A stretch of DNA of 64,000 nt from Callorhinchus milii (lineage: Eukaryota). The stretch is from NCBI RefSeq assembly GCF_018977255.1, contig NW_024704742.1, positions 54,314,001 to 54,378,000 of the forward strand, given 5' to 3'. The notes under the pieces are model-generated. The model saw only the letters and a program-made list of their open reading frames with translations, did no database searches and had not been told where the DNA came from. Both the position numbers and the translations under genes were made by a program. This document shows positions 22,250 through 35,260 of the stretch, in pieces. The first letter of the stretch is position 1, and the number at the start of each line of letters is the position of its first letter.

Positions 22250-24580
22250 ACCCCCACCTTGATCCCCGACATCTCCACCCTTCTATCTTCCCTCTCCCTC
22301 TGCTCCGAACGCCTCCTCATCCTAGGCAACTTCAATCTTCACTTCACGCCCTCCTGCTCACTTTTCCTCCCTTATCTCTTCCCTCAATCTCTCCCTCCAC
22401 ATCCACCCGCCACCCATGTCCACGATCACCCCCTCGACCTGGTAAGCACACAGGGCCTCACCGTCTCGGACCTCACCATCATCGACAAAGCGATCTCGGA
22501 GCATCACTTCATCTCCCTTAACTCATCAATCCCTCTCCCCACTGCCACCAAAACCACCTCCATCTCCTACCCCCCCGGAACAAAATCTCCCTCCCCTCCC
22601 TCTCGGCTGCAGTGGAGTCATCTGAACACCTTCCCCTCTGGGCATTCTCCTGCAATGACCTACCCCCTTCGGTCACTCTTCTCCACAGCTCCCTCTCCTC
22701 TCCTCTCGGTTCCCTTGCTCCCCTCTTTTCCCGAACCGTCTCCTATTCACGTAGGTCACCATGGTACACCAGCCACCTCCGCTCCCTTAAAGCACAGGTG
22801 GGTTCCGCTGACGCACCTGGCTTAAATCAAACTTAACTGTCCATCGGCAGATCTGGCCGGACTTATCAAATTGTACCACTCCGCCCTAGCCTTCGCTAAA
22901 TCGTTGTTCTATTCCAAGACAATCTTGGAGGCCAAGGACAACGCCAATCTCCTCTTCTCCATCACCAACGTCTAGAAGATGTGAAAAGTGCTATATCAAA
23001 TGCAAGGATTATTATTATTATTATTACTCACAGACATCATAAACCTCTCCCTGTCCACTGGTTCTGTTCCCACCCCATTTAAAACTGCCATCATCACTCC
23101 TATCCTTACAAAACCCTCCCTGGACACATCTCTACCTCTCAAACTACCCCCCAATCTCCAACCTCACTTTCCTCTCCAAGGTCCTGGAACAAGTTGTTGC
23201 TTCCCAGCTTTGCTCCTTCCTCTCCCACCACTCCCTTCATGAACTCCTCCAATCAGGTTTCCGTGCCGCCCACAGCACAGAAACAGTCCTAGTCAAAGTG
23301 TCAAATAACATTCTGTCCATCTGCGACCAGGGCCCCCTCTACCTCTTCGTCCTCCTTGACCTCTCTGCTGCCTTCGACACCGTTGACCACTCTATCCTCA
23401 TCCACCTCCTCTCCTCTCACCTCAACCTTTATGGCTCTATCCTTGACTGGTTCAGATCGTACCTCTCACACCGCCTCCACTTCATCTCCTCAAACGGTTT
23501 CTCCTCTAGCCCCTGCACCATGTCGTGTGGCGTTCCTCAAGGCTCTGTCCTTGGTCCCCTCCTCTTCAATATCTATATGCTCCCTCTTGGTGACATCATC
23601 CACAGACATGGGATCAACTTCCACATGCATGGAGATGACACCCAACTCTACCTCTCTGCCTACACCCTTGACTCCAGGACCACTGCTGTGCTGACAGAAT
23701 GTCTGTCAAACATCAAGTCCTGGATGAGAGCTAACTTTCTTCAGTTGAACATCAGCAAGGTCGAGGCTCTCCTGATTGGCTCCTGTCAGCACCTCCACAC
23801 CTTAGGTGCTGACAGCATCACCATCCATGGTTGCACACTCCACTTTACTTAAGCCAGTTCGGAACCTTGGCTTCTTGTTTGACCCTCAACTATTCTTTCT
23901 ACCTCAGATCTGTGCCATGACCTGTTCTGCCTTGCCCCACCTCCGCAACATTGCCTGTTTCCACTACTGTGTCGCACCCAGGCTGCCGAAACTCTCATAT
24001 ATGATTTTGTTACATCGAGGTGTGACTATGCAAACTCATTGCTTGTCGGCCTCCCCAACTCCTCCCTACACAGGCTGCAGATCATCCAGAACTCTGCGTG
24101 TTCTCTCCCACACTAGGCTCTGTGACCCTATCACCCCGATCCCTGCCCAACTCCTCTGGCTTCCCATCACACAGAGGGTACAGTTCAAGATCCTGGTCCT
24201 CACCTTCAAAGCACTCCATGGTCTTGCTCCCCCCTACTTCTACGACCTCCTAACACCCTATCATCCTGCTCACTCCCTCCGCTCAGCGGGCTCCAGCCTG
24301 CTTCATGTCCCCCGCCTCACTCACCCTACTATTGGCAGGTGGGCTTTCTGTGACTCTGCCCCTACCCTCTGGAACTCCGTTCTGCAGGCCCTCCACCTCG
24401 CCCCCTCCCTTGCCTCATTCAAGATCCATCTCTAGATCCTCCTCTTCAACCGTGCTTTCGATCTTCCTGCTTCCCCCACTGCCCTCCAACCTCCACGATC
24501 CTGACCTCCAGCTCGTGTCTGAAACTCTGTTTTTTCCCGATGTGAAAGGCGGTATATAAATGTAATTTTGTTGTTGTTGT
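22250..24580 (+). mobile_element. L2 LINE with partial endonuclease and RT, decayed; SINE tail at 22971-23026
   Basis: APE-type endonuclease motifs LLILGNFNLH, PATH...LDLV and ISEHHFI; RT motifs [11 protein letters not shown] and [10 protein letters not shown]; (TTG)n tail. Confidence 0.92.
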
Positions 24581-25494
24581 TATTCACACATTTCCCTGAC
24601 GTTCAATGTATATGACAGAGAAAGGGAGCCAATTGTTTGTGTCTGCCAACGATAAAAACGTCACCACAAGTTACAGAAAATTCTGTGAAGCATTTTGAGA
24701 TGTCCTACTGATGCGAAAGGCACTGTATCAAATGCCGTTTTACTATTGTTCTATAATTGTCAAAAAATGAGCAAATTACAGAAACAAATCTTGAATTGCA
24801 AATATTGAACTCACTGTTGTCTTCTTTTATCTCTGAATCCACTTTCATGTGAGACAGGGCAGCCATTGATTTTTCATAGTAGCTGTGTCAGCAGTTAGCA
24901 TTTTAATTAATAATTAAATAATACATACTTGAGGAAAAACAGCATTGAAGAGTGTTAGCAAAGAACAGGAAATGGAGTGCAGAGTAGATAGTTTCAGTTG
25001 AAGAGTTACAGAGTTCCAACACAGACACTGTGGGCTGAATGCCTTCCTTCTGTGTTTACATACAAAAAATACAGAGTCACTACACTTTACAAGATATTCC
25101 GTGAAGTGTTTTGAGACGTACTCTTGAAGTGAAAGGCATAATATCAAAAGCAACTTATTATAATCTATATAGAGCAATACAATTGTGGCATCATACGTAT
25201 GTATAACTTTCTCCTTATCAATTTCAAAAAGCACTCAAAATGAACTATTAGAAATCCAGAAAGAATTACAAGCAAAGTACAAGTTGCGCAAAATGTTAAT
25301 TTGAACAAGCACAATTTATTTACATGCACAACTGATCTACTTAGTCAAAGTGCAAAAGTTTCACAAGTTGAAAGGTAACAGAATCTACCCCTCTCTCTTC
25401 CCTATAATGAGCTTCATTAGTAAATTTTGTGACTGCAATATGTTTTCTGTCAAGCTGAGCATGGAGTGTACCATCTGGGTGGGCATCACCCATC

Positions 25495-25813
25495 GTGGAG
25501 TCCTGTAGCTCATTGGTTAGAGCACTCGCTTTGCAAGTGAGAGACCTGAGTTCAATTCCAGGCAGGGCGAAACCTTGGGCAAGTTTGCTTACTCCACACA
25601 CCTAATAATAATCCCTCCAAAAAACAAAACAATAATAATTTGGTCATTTTCAATCTACGACTGTTTGTGGGACATTGCTGTGCACAATTGGCTGCCGCGT
25701 TCGCCCACAAATATACAGTCAATTTACAGTGTGTTCTGTGAAGCGCTTTGGGACATCCTCCCAACGTGAAAAGCGCTATATCAAATGCAAGGATTATTAT
25801 TATTATTATTATT
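25495..25813 (+). mobile_element. Young tRNA-Ala SINE, full length
   Basis: Runs from GTGGAGTCCTGTAGCTC to the (ATT)n tail. Confidence 0.92.
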
Positions 25814-26992
25814 CATACAAAGAAAACTAAAAAATATAATTTCTGTCCAATGGAAAAAAGGTAGATAATTTATTGATTTCTCCCATGATGTTTTGGTAGA
25901 AATAAACACCCATCGAGAAGCTCCGAAAAGGGATTGAATTATAAACTGGGAATGAACTGATAGACTTTATCACAGTAAAAGTGCAGCAAACTGGACAGCT
26001 CAGTCTTAGACATCTATCCCTTAATGAACTCATTGTGGCTCATCCCTATGCTACTGTTATATATGTACAGCTCCACTGAGCTGTGTAATTGGAAGTGGGT
26101 AGACAAGCAATTAAAAGCAAAAGAAAATTCAAAATAATATTTGCAATATTTAACCAAATATTAAAAAATCTAGGGGTCTAGGAAAGAATACGAGGAAGCG
26201 AAGAGAAATAAACCCAGTCAGGGTAACATTGGAAAGTCTAGAACATACAGTAATAGCATCCATAACCATATACAATCTGATGGAGTCTGATACCATCTGA
26301 TCGCATTCTGCACTACTCTAACTCTCATATCAGTCAAATATTTAGCTAATAGCTATCTAATTCCCTTTTGAATATGCTGATATTATCTTCTTCCATCACT
26401 TCTCTATTCCATACATACACCACTCTATATAAAATTTAATTTGCCAACTTGCTTTTCCACTCCTCCCCCTCTCCACCCAGATTTTGCACAGAATATAGTG
26501 AGAAAAATCACAAACCCATCAGGGCCCACATTTGCTCAGAAGTGCTGAACTCTGATAGACACAGACTGATATAAAGATAAATAAGGGGAAATTAAAAAAT
26601 GGTTAATGTTGTAAATGAAAATGTTTTTTTCATGTTAAACCAAAACAATATTTTTGTTGAAATTTTGTTCATCTTTCCAGTTCACAAAATATGGTACAAT
26701 TGATATTGTATTCTGCCTTTTTAGGAATGCATTTCTTATTTTGTTCCACAATTATTTATAAGAATACATACATGCTTGATATAAAATAAAATAACTAACT
26801 TTAATTTTTAAAAAAATGAACTGTCAGTTGCATTTCCTCTTTCTGTTGAAATTGAATTTGTGCCCTTTTGTTGTAGAAGTTGAGACTTTATCAAACATAT
26901 TCCAGTTCAGTTTATCTATATCCTTTAAGAGCTTGAATGCAAGCAAGTGACCCATGTTCATATATCATACTTGATTACATGAAAATTACATT

Positions 26993-27061
26993 CTGGTTTG
27001 GATACTCTTAAGCATGGTGATGGGTTTCACATGAGTCAGACACCCGGCTGATCGAAAAAAA
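26993..27061 (+). mobile_element. Unnamed repeat, short terminal fragment (copy 4)
   Basis: GGTTTGGATACTCTTAAGCATGGTGATGGGTTTCACATGAGTCAGACACCCGGCTGATCGAAAAAA is the reverse complement of the copy 1 end. Confidence 0.72.
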
Positions 27062-27395
27062 TCACAAATTACAATTGCACATTTACAATCACCTGCAAAA
27101 TAATATTCGTAAAATCCTACCTGCGATTTTACTCCAAGAATCATTACTTTGTGTTCTGTTTAACTTGTCCTGTGACTATTTTGAGTTTATGTGTACCCAG
27201 AGATCTAATTATTGGATTTATACAGCATGAGAGCAAGACAAAGAGAGAAAGTAATGAGAGTTGGCACTGTGTAGAGAGGGTGTGAGTGAGAGGTAGTTTG
27301 ACAATGTGCAAGGTTGATAGGAGAACTGTGACCATGAGAGAAGGGCTGACATTGTGGGGATGTGGGGGTAGGGAGAAGGATTGGCACTGTGCAAA

Positions 27396-27573
27396 GAAGT
27401 TTACAGAATTATGAGGGGATTTGATAGGGTGAACAAGGAGAAACTATTTCCACTGGCGGCTGGGTCGGTAACCTGAGGACATTGACTTAAAATAGTTGTT
27501 AAAAGAAACAGAGGGGAGATGAGGAGAAATGTTTTTACACAGCGAGTTGTTCGGATCTGGAATGCATTGCCTG
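27396..27573 (+). mobile_element. CR1 LINE ORF2 C-terminal fragment
   Basis: Encodes EVYRIMRGFDRV...KLFP...FTQRVVRIWNALP. Confidence 0.85.
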
Positions 27574-27692
27574 ATAATAATAATAAAAATAATAACAATC
27601 TTGACATTCAATATAGCATCTTTCACATCAGGAGGACATCTCAAAGCACTGCACAGGATCTACTGTGAAGTGTAATAACTGCATTTTATAGG
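27574..27692 (-). mobile_element. SINE 3' tail fragment
   Basis: (TAA)n followed by TTTCACATCAGGAGGACATCTCAAAGCAC. Confidence 0.7.
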
Positions 27693-28025
27693 CAAAGTTA
27701 AGACAGAATTTAACAACTTGCCAAATTCTGGATGTTGTAAAGACAATGTAGACTAGGGTGAAATGTTACCTGAGAAATGCTATTAAAATATCCATCCACT
27801 GTGTAAAATCCCGTAGTGTAGTGATTCACGCACTTGTCTTGAAAGCGAGAGAACCCGGGTTTGATTCTCGGGCGGGGAAAAACTTTGATTTACTTGTTGG
27901 TTGCTGGAAAGAGCCCCCAGTTGTGCGACTCTGCTTTCGGAAGAAGCAATTCCATTAAGAAATACCGCGCATTAGATCCCAACATTATATTCATCACACA
28001 GAGTCTACACAGCATGCAAAAAGGT
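27693..28025. repeat. Unnamed old repeat, copy A (relatives at 28575-29110 and ~54660-54700)
   Basis: AATGCTATTAAAATATCCATC and GGTTGCTGGAAAGAG...AAGAAATACCGC...TTAGATCCCAAC are shared with copy B; CAAAGTT.AGAC.GAATT.AACAA.TTGCCAAATTCT is shared with 54660. Confidence 0.7.
27807..27879 (+). pseudogene. Solitary tRNA-like segment (SINE head or tRNA pseudogene)
   Basis: Cloverleaf-like: D stem GTGT/ACGC, anticodon arm CTTGT-CTTGAAA-GCGAG, T arm CCGGG-TTTGATT-CTCGG; A and B boxes are degenerate. Confidence 0.6.
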
Positions 28026-28574
28026 ACTGCTTGATCCTTGACCCGTCAGAAGATTACATCTGAAAACAATAAGAACTCTTTCTAGCTTTTAAGTTACAAT
28101 TGTCATACATTTCATTTGAAGTTAAAATATTTACTTAGGAGTTTTCAAACAGTGAATAATTTTACTGGCATCTTGGCACCTATGGGAAGATGGCATTCAG
28201 GCTGGTATGAATATTGCTGCCATTCTCCATTTTCCAATGAGGGCTCAACACAGCAGTAGATTTCAGAACCAAAAACAGCAATTAAGACAATATTTGGAGG
28301 CTTATGACATTGACATTAGTTAGCCTGGAATTTTAATGTCTTCTACTCAGAAATAATGATAGCCTCTTTGACAGCAGATTCGGAAGATGTAGATGTGGAA
28401 GAATCATTTGTGAGTTATAAAGTAAAGATTATTTTAGTAACTGGTTTTGAAGAATCAGTCAAAGGAACATGCTTTGCAATGGAACAAATATTTAATAAAA
28501 ATTCAGATATTTAATTCCTGCACAGCATTGAATCTGAAAAATAAACTATGGGGTCAATTTAGTGATACATTTGA

Positions 28575-29110
28575 TATGCCAAATTCCTGTTGTACAGAAA
28601 TGTTACATTAATAGAGCCATTCTAGATCAGGTGGAATTTTATCTTAAGCATTTCTTACGCAAGGAATGCTATTAAAATATCCATCTACCATGTAAATACC
28701 TTCAGCCACTATGCCCCGAAGTTTTGGAATTCTCTCCCTAATCTCTCCGCCTTGCCCCCTACTCCTCTTTTAGATCATGACTGAAGACCTTCCTCTTCGA
28801 CCGTGCTTTTGGTAATGTTCTCCCTCCATTGGGTTCAGTGTTGGGCTCCACCCTTGTTAAGCGCTCTGAGGCACTACTCTGCATGAAGGGCACTATATAT
28901 AAAACAAAGTTGTTGTAACTGCTGCTCTGGAAGTAGTTTCCTTTGGAACAGAAATCTGTGGTCAACGTGATGTACTTTCGGTTGCTGGAAAGAGTCACCA
29001 TTGTCCGCCTCGGCTTTCTGATGAAGCAATTCTGTTAAGAAATACCGCAACTTAGATCCCAACTAGTATATTCATCACCCACATAGAACATACACAGGAT
29101 GCAAAAGTGT
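28575..29110. repeat. Unnamed old repeat, copy B (contains an L2 insertion)
   Basis: Homology to 27693-28025. Confidence 0.65.
28699..28916 (+). mobile_element. L2 3' end fragment
   Basis: CCTTCAGCCACTATGCCCC...TGGAATTCTCTCCC...CTGAAGACCTTCCTCTTCGACCGTGC...GTTGTTG. Confidence 0.8.
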
Positions 29111-29112
29111 CA

Positions 29113-29556
29113 ACCTGGCTCAATACACAGTACTCTCACCTCTGAGGCAGAAGGTTGTGGGTTCAAACCCCCACTTAGGGATTTTGAACTCAGTCTAGTC
29201 TGACACTCCAATACAGGTGTATTGTGAATTCTGAAAGTGTACTGCATTGTTTGAGGTCCTGTCCTTTGGATGAGATGTCAAACAGAAGTTTTTCTGCTTG
29301 ATTAGGTGGACGTTAAAGATCCTGTGGCAATAAAAGAGAATGTAGTTTCTCCCAGGGTCCTGGCCAACAATCCACCAAATAAAATTGGTCATTCACTTCA
29401 TTGCTGTTTATAGGACATTGCTGTGTGCAAATTGGCTGCCGTGTACACCTACTAAATACACCAGTCACTGCACATTACAGTAAATCCTGTGAAGCGCTTT
29501 GAGACATCCCACCAATGTAAAAGATGCTTTATCAAATGCAAGGATCATTATCATTG
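29113..29556 (+). mobile_element. DeuSINE, full length
   Basis: Head (CTCTGAGGCAGAAGGTTGTGGGTTCAAACCC), Deu domain (GGTGGACGTTAAAGATCC) and L2-type tail. Confidence 0.85.
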
Positions 29557-30530
29557 TTTATGAATCACATTAAATGTTCTCTGGATGAACTTGATATGGA
29601 CCCTGTAACATTGGTATCCATGGCGACATGTGTGAAAGCAGGTCTTGCTATTGAGCTCTCCGCTTGCCTACTGTACGTTCAGTTAGCAAGAGACTTGCCA
29701 TTCTGAACATTTGCTTTGTTTGGTAAAATGCTGGTATCCAATTGCCATACAATTGATGTTGTGCTATCTAAAAAATATCTTAAAGGTACAGCTTCTATCA
29801 TTTCCACCCACCGCCCTCCCAACACACACACTTAATATTCATCTTTGGTATGTGAAACCTTTGAGAATGCAGGGGCAGGCTTCGAGATGTTTGTTCTATG
29901 TGAAATAAACCATGTAAGTGCAAGTTGTTGACAGGGTTATGAGCTATACAGCTGTTTAAAATGCAAAGGGTGGAATCCACTCTTAGCATTCATTTATTTG
30001 AAAAAAAATGTTCTTGATAGTGCCTGTCATTGTACTGTGAATTAAATTGTTTTAATGAAGATTCTGTGCATAAGTCTCAGTAGAGTCTTAAGTTTTATAA
30101 GAAATACTGAATTGGTTAGTGTAGAGCATTTTACTTTACATCACAAGAATTCAAGAGGGGTCAGGATGTAGAAGTTTCTTCAGCCTACTTGATCTCATCC
30201 CTGCAGAATACCCATCTTACTAGTCTCCCAGTGCAACATCAAGATGTTTCTTCAGTGATTTTGGCTTCTATCACTATTCCCGTTAACTTGTTCCAGCTTT
30301 TGATTACCTTCATCTTGAAGACTAACCATGATTTTTCAAAGCTTTCACAAACCAAAGGGAGTTTATCCCAGTACCTTATCCAACAATCATGGCTGATTGT
30401 GGAACATTGCTACTGAATTAGCCCCCAAACTAAAAAGTTGCTCCACTTTACAGTGTACCCTGTGAAGTGCTTTAAGACACCTCCTGACATGAAAGGCACA
30501 ATATCAAATACATGGATTAATATTATCATT

Positions 30531-30966
30531 ACAGTAAACCCCGCTTATTGAATTTCAGGTATCTGGAATTTTATCTAACCGGACAGGGCCTGAAATGGAA
30601 AAAATAAACAAAAATCCACGGACCCCAATTTCTGCAGATCATGTGTAGACTCCCACCAACCCAGCTCTCGTAATCTTTGCCCCCGACTTTCAGTGTTTGC
30701 TGGCCTTCAGTGGTCAGCGATGTCAACTTTCACCTAGTTTGAACCCCACGAGCAGAAAATAGCTTATTCACTATCTTCTGTTCGCGAGATTCAAACAATT
30801 ACAATCCAGCATGGTTAGGCTTCAAGACGAAGGTAATCATGGCATTTTATGGCACTATAAAAGCTGGCAGATTCTGTATCGGCATTGTAATTACGCTTAG
30901 CTGTAATTTTTGGCTCATTGGACCGATCTCCTCCCCATTTGTCTGGCTAGCAAGGTTTTAAATGTA
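30531..30966. mobile_element. Possible ancient pogo/Tigger-like non-autonomous DNA transposon
   Basis: Left end TACAGTAAACCCCGCTTA; degenerate inverted right end GCTAGCAAGGTTTTAAATGTA. Confidence 0.35.
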
Positions 30967-31138
30967 TATAAAAAAATGTTTTCTAATGTCTGTCCTAAAA
31001 TTATCCTCCACAACACTGACACAGAGCCCATTTAAATCAGCTTGATGCTGTGATGATGGGATGGTAGGGTGGGTATTCTGGAAGGATGAGATCGGATGAG
31101 CCAAAGTGCTTCTTCATCCAAACTGATCTTATGATTTT

Positions 31139-31420
31139 TTGTCCTTTGCTCCTGCTGCCCTGACATATCTGAAAGTATTGTTCTGTGTTTACTTTCTCTA
31201 TTCCATTTAGTATCTTGCCTACTTCTCTCAGGTCTTCTCTGGTATCCCTTTCCAAGGTTGAAAATCCAGAGATTATCTACTTATTCATCCTAGCTCCTCA
31301 AACATTGGAGATTAGGCTCGTTGCTTTCAATTGCACTGCCACTGGAGCCGAAGCAACCCCTTTACGTCTTGACAACCAGAACTGTACGCAATACTCCAGG
31401 TATATCTTAACTGTAATGCT
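31139..31420 (-). mobile_element. CR1 LINE fragment (a CR1-like 3' end on + abuts it at ~31035-31138)
   Basis: Minus-strand translation gives YLEYCVQFW and DLREVGKILNGIEKV. Confidence 0.8.
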
Positions 31421-31617
31421 TAAATTCATACAGATAACATACGCAGAGCTGAACTCAACTGATGGGTGCTGTGAATGTAATTTAGATGTAGAAATAAGAC
31501 GTAACAGACCCTCATACACTCATACATTCACACACAAGTTTATAATGTACTATTGGGTATGTAGAGCTTGAGGCTGAGTTGCTAAGGGCCCACAAAATGC
31601 TCCTGAAAGGAATATTT

Positions 31618-31890
31618 ATTTTGGGTGTCTGACACATGGATATCTATCACTGCTTAAACGTATCTGACCAGACTGAGAGTTTCACATTTGTATATCATCT
31701 ACAGATAGAAATTTCTTTGGGTCTGAAATTGAATACCTACACTGCTTACCTAATTCAGGAGAGTATCAGGCACAGATTAGCAAGAGCCACAATTTGGGGA
31801 TCCCAGAGTCTATGTTGGGGTACTGAAATAGTTTAACCAGCTTAAATCGTGCCATTGAAAGCACTGTCTGTCAAGCTTCTCGTGCTTTTT
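31618..31890 (-). mobile_element. Unnamed ~300-bp interspersed repeat, copy 3 (more diverged)
   Basis: GGGTGTCTGACACATGG...CTGCTTACCTAATTC...GCAAGAGCC...GGGATCCCAGAGT. Confidence 0.7.
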
Positions 31891-33246
31891 AAGTGAGGAC
31901 CAACCTGCTAGGAGTTGGATTACTGAGGACCTGCCTTGGTTAAGAGTACCACAATTGCCTCAGATGACAAACTCGATTCTGATATTCCTTAGCCAAGCAC
32001 ATCACCTTAGAGTCAGCTCCAAGGTAACTGTGCTTACTACCCCCTCAAGGAGGATATAGAAGTAGTGCATGTACTAGAGATTAATTACAAGTGCTTGGAA
32101 GAACATTATTAATAAATTCCAGTTGCAGAGGGCATAATGTATTGAAGTTTGTCATTAGAGAAGAAAGAATTCTGTAATATTTCAATATGAACAGCAGTGA
32201 TAATATTCATAACTGAAGAAAATTCTGAGAAAGATATAATAAAGTTATATGATATAAGGTTAATTACTTTAATTTGTGAAGGTTGCATCTGGTTTCCCCT
32301 TAAAAATCATGTTTTATACATATTCTATGAATGCTGGGAGTTTGACTGCCTTAATTGGTTAAAGTCAACCCTTAAAGTTTGATGCAGACCTTGAAAGAGG
32401 AACTTGCCAATTTCTGATAATATTTATAGGCTGTCTGATGCTGTACAGATTTATTGCGATGTCAGAATGCTATTAAAATCATTCCTTCCAGCCTCCGATT
32501 CTGTTTGTAAATTAGGCTCCGCTACTCGCTTTTAACACATATGTCAAATGCTTATCATTATCTACAGTGTGTGCATGAAAAATATGACCATCCTATTAAA
32601 ATACATTGCAGAATCTGAGAGATAGTTTTACCCTTGTGGACATGCTAACTTTCAAGAAGACAGACATGTCACTGAAAAGGCTTCCCTGCCCTAATAAATA
32701 TTTCAAGAGAAATGATTGCATTTTTAAAGATGTTTGCACTCCAAAGCTTTCATCAGGTGTGACCTTACAGCACACTGATAGAGCACACCAGCTTTGATAA
32801 ATCACATCTTGACATGCAGATGTAATCCAACTAAAACTGTAATAAATTTTACATTGGGTTTGTCTTACTCTAGTAATCTCTTTGAGGTAATCATTCTGTC
32901 TTAATAACTGAAGTTTATGGAATCAGTCTACCACTGACAAACTAAGCACAATATCCAGTTTAATGTGACCTTTAGTTTTTCAGACGAAAGCTGATACATA
33001 ACAACCTGTGCCTAGTGCAGTACTAATAAATGCTAAAGGGATGGATTCATAGAAAAGTGCAATTATGGTTAAATTTTGAAGTGAGGCAATAGAGAGAGAC
33101 CAATGACAGATGAATACTAAGTAAGAATAATGAGTGTGTTTTATCGTTTACTGTGTTGTGTATTGTGTAAGTTAGCATTAATCACGTAGTGGGTGAAAGC
33201 ATCTTGTTGTATATAAAGGTAATGGAGTTACATATAATCCATGAGT

Positions 33247-33477
33247 ACCTTTTATCTTTGACCGAGCCTTCAGCTCCCCTCTCGACTCTCTTCCCCCTTC
33301 TCACTCCCTCCCATCCCTCCCCTCACCCTGACCATTTCCCCCCTCCTCGCTCCCTCCCCTCCCCTCACCCTGACCATTTCCCCCCTGCTCGGGTCATGAC
33401 CCAACTGTGCAGCGCCTTGGGACGTCCTCCTGACGTGAAAGGCGCTTTATAAATGGGATCTTGTTGTTGTTGTTGTT
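33247..33477 (+). mobile_element. Young L2 3' end (same subfamily as 16332-18241)
   Basis: Near-identical to 17965-18241 but with two tandem units; flanks ATGAGTAC and ATGACTAC look like a TSD. Confidence 0.92.
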
Positions 33478-34134
33478 ATGACTACTGTTTAAAAATATGC
33501 ATCAGCTTTCAACATTTCTGCTTTCTTCTTCATGTGATATCATTCAAAATGTTATTGACTAGGAACTGCTGTAAGTCTTACAAAAGATGATGACTACGCC
33601 ACTTGCCTGTGCCAAGTATCCCCTATAACCTAAAATGGATTTAGTTACACACTTTATTTTATTGTGAGACGCTTTGCACTGCTGGAAAATTGAAAAGTGT
33701 TTACTTGATCTATTTCTGTGACAGTTAAAATATACTCTATACCTAGTTTGCAATAAGTAGAAGTTTGCTGGAATCCTTGAAATGTCAGAACGGTCCCAGG
33801 GAAATAGTTTATTTTCTTTATTTCTCTGTTCTTTTCACCTTGGCTTACCTATTTATGAAAAAAACATTGAATAGCCCATTAAGTTAATGCCAAAGGTTGT
33901 TGCTAATCAAAGTTGAGTTTAAACACTTTGTAAATAACTTAAGCCAATTATGTTGTTTATCCCAGATTTTAAAATGTATTGGTTCACATGTGATTTTGCT
34001 CAATATACTCCATGAGTTACATACTGGAGAGCAATTAACTACCTTATTATTATATTTTACTTACTACATATTCTGAAACAAGTTCAAGATTTATTTTAAC
34101 TTTTTCACATATCATCACTTATTTAGTATTGTAG

Positions 34135-35260
34135 AATGCATAGGAATGTAGGAAAACTGAAAAAGAAGGAAGCAAGTCAGGTCCATCAAGCCTGTTCTAT
34201 TCGTTTATTTGATCTTGGCAGATCTCTTAATCCCAATGTCCTACCCTTATGCCATATTTTCATGTCATTTTCGATCTAAGACTGTTTGTGGGACATTGCT
34301 GTGCGCAATTGGCTGCCACGTTTGCCCACAAATATACAGTCAATTCACTTTACAGTGTGTTCTGTGAAGCGCTTTGGGACGTCCTCCCGACGTGAAAAGC
34401 GCTATATCAAATGCAAGGATTATTATTATTATTATATTATTATTATATGCCTTTATACTTTTACTAACCAGTATTTGTCATTTAAACATCCCTATTGATT
34501 CAACCTCCCCAGCTTTCTGGCTGAGAGTATTTCAGATCTTCACAAACCCATGTAAGAATAGATGCTTCCTGACCTCAGTTCTAACAATCGTGTTTCTGAT
34601 TTTAAGGCTATGCCACTTTGCAATGGATCCCTCTACCAAACAGAAGTGTCATTCATTATCTAATCTGTCAATTAATTTTATTATTTTAAAACCACAATTA
34701 AATCACTTGTTAACCTTTCCTTCTCTTAAGGAATATAATGCTATTCTAAATATCTTATTATTATAACTAAAACCCTTTCAGATCATGTATTAATCTAGTG
34801 AACTATTTCTGGATTGGGTGTCCTAAAATGAACAGCAGGGCTCTAACTAACTACAGAAATACCTCTTTGTTTTTATATTCAAGACTTCTTGGTATAAATG
34901 TTAGCATTCCATTGACTTTATTCACTGCTTTCTGCACCATAAGAATATAGGAACATAAGAAATGCTCGACGAAAAAAGACCAAATTCCATCTTGTTCGCA
35001 TTCCACCTTCCTGGTGGTCACATGCACATATGTCCCGAATGTTATTTTCTAACAGCACCACCTAACTAGATTTTAATAATCTATGAATTTGAATCTCTAG
35101 ATCTCGCTGCTTATCTACCCCTACACATGCTCCCCCTGTCTCAAGGGAACTACCTCACACTTTGCCATGTTAAACTTTGTTTGCCATAGTTCTGCGCATT
35201 GTTTAATCTGTCCACGTCTCATTGTATTTTTTGCTTGACCTATTCAAAATTTACAACACT
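34135..35260 (-). mobile_element. CR1 LINE 3' region, fragmented by nested insertions
   Basis: CR1-type minus-strand text (ATTTCAGATCTTCACAAACC, TTCCTGACCTCAGTTCTAA, CTACCTCACACTTTGCCATGTTAAACT). Confidence 0.65.
34264..34444 (+). mobile_element. tRNA-Ala SINE, 5'-truncated
   Basis: GTCATTTTCGATCTAAGACTGTTTGTGGGAC through to (ATT)n. Confidence 0.88.

Noticed and set aside
29018..29042. Hammerhead-ribozyme-like CTGATGA...GAAA
   Set aside because: Stem II does not close directly on the core, stems I and III are not evident, and the paralog at ~27938 reads CGGAAGA
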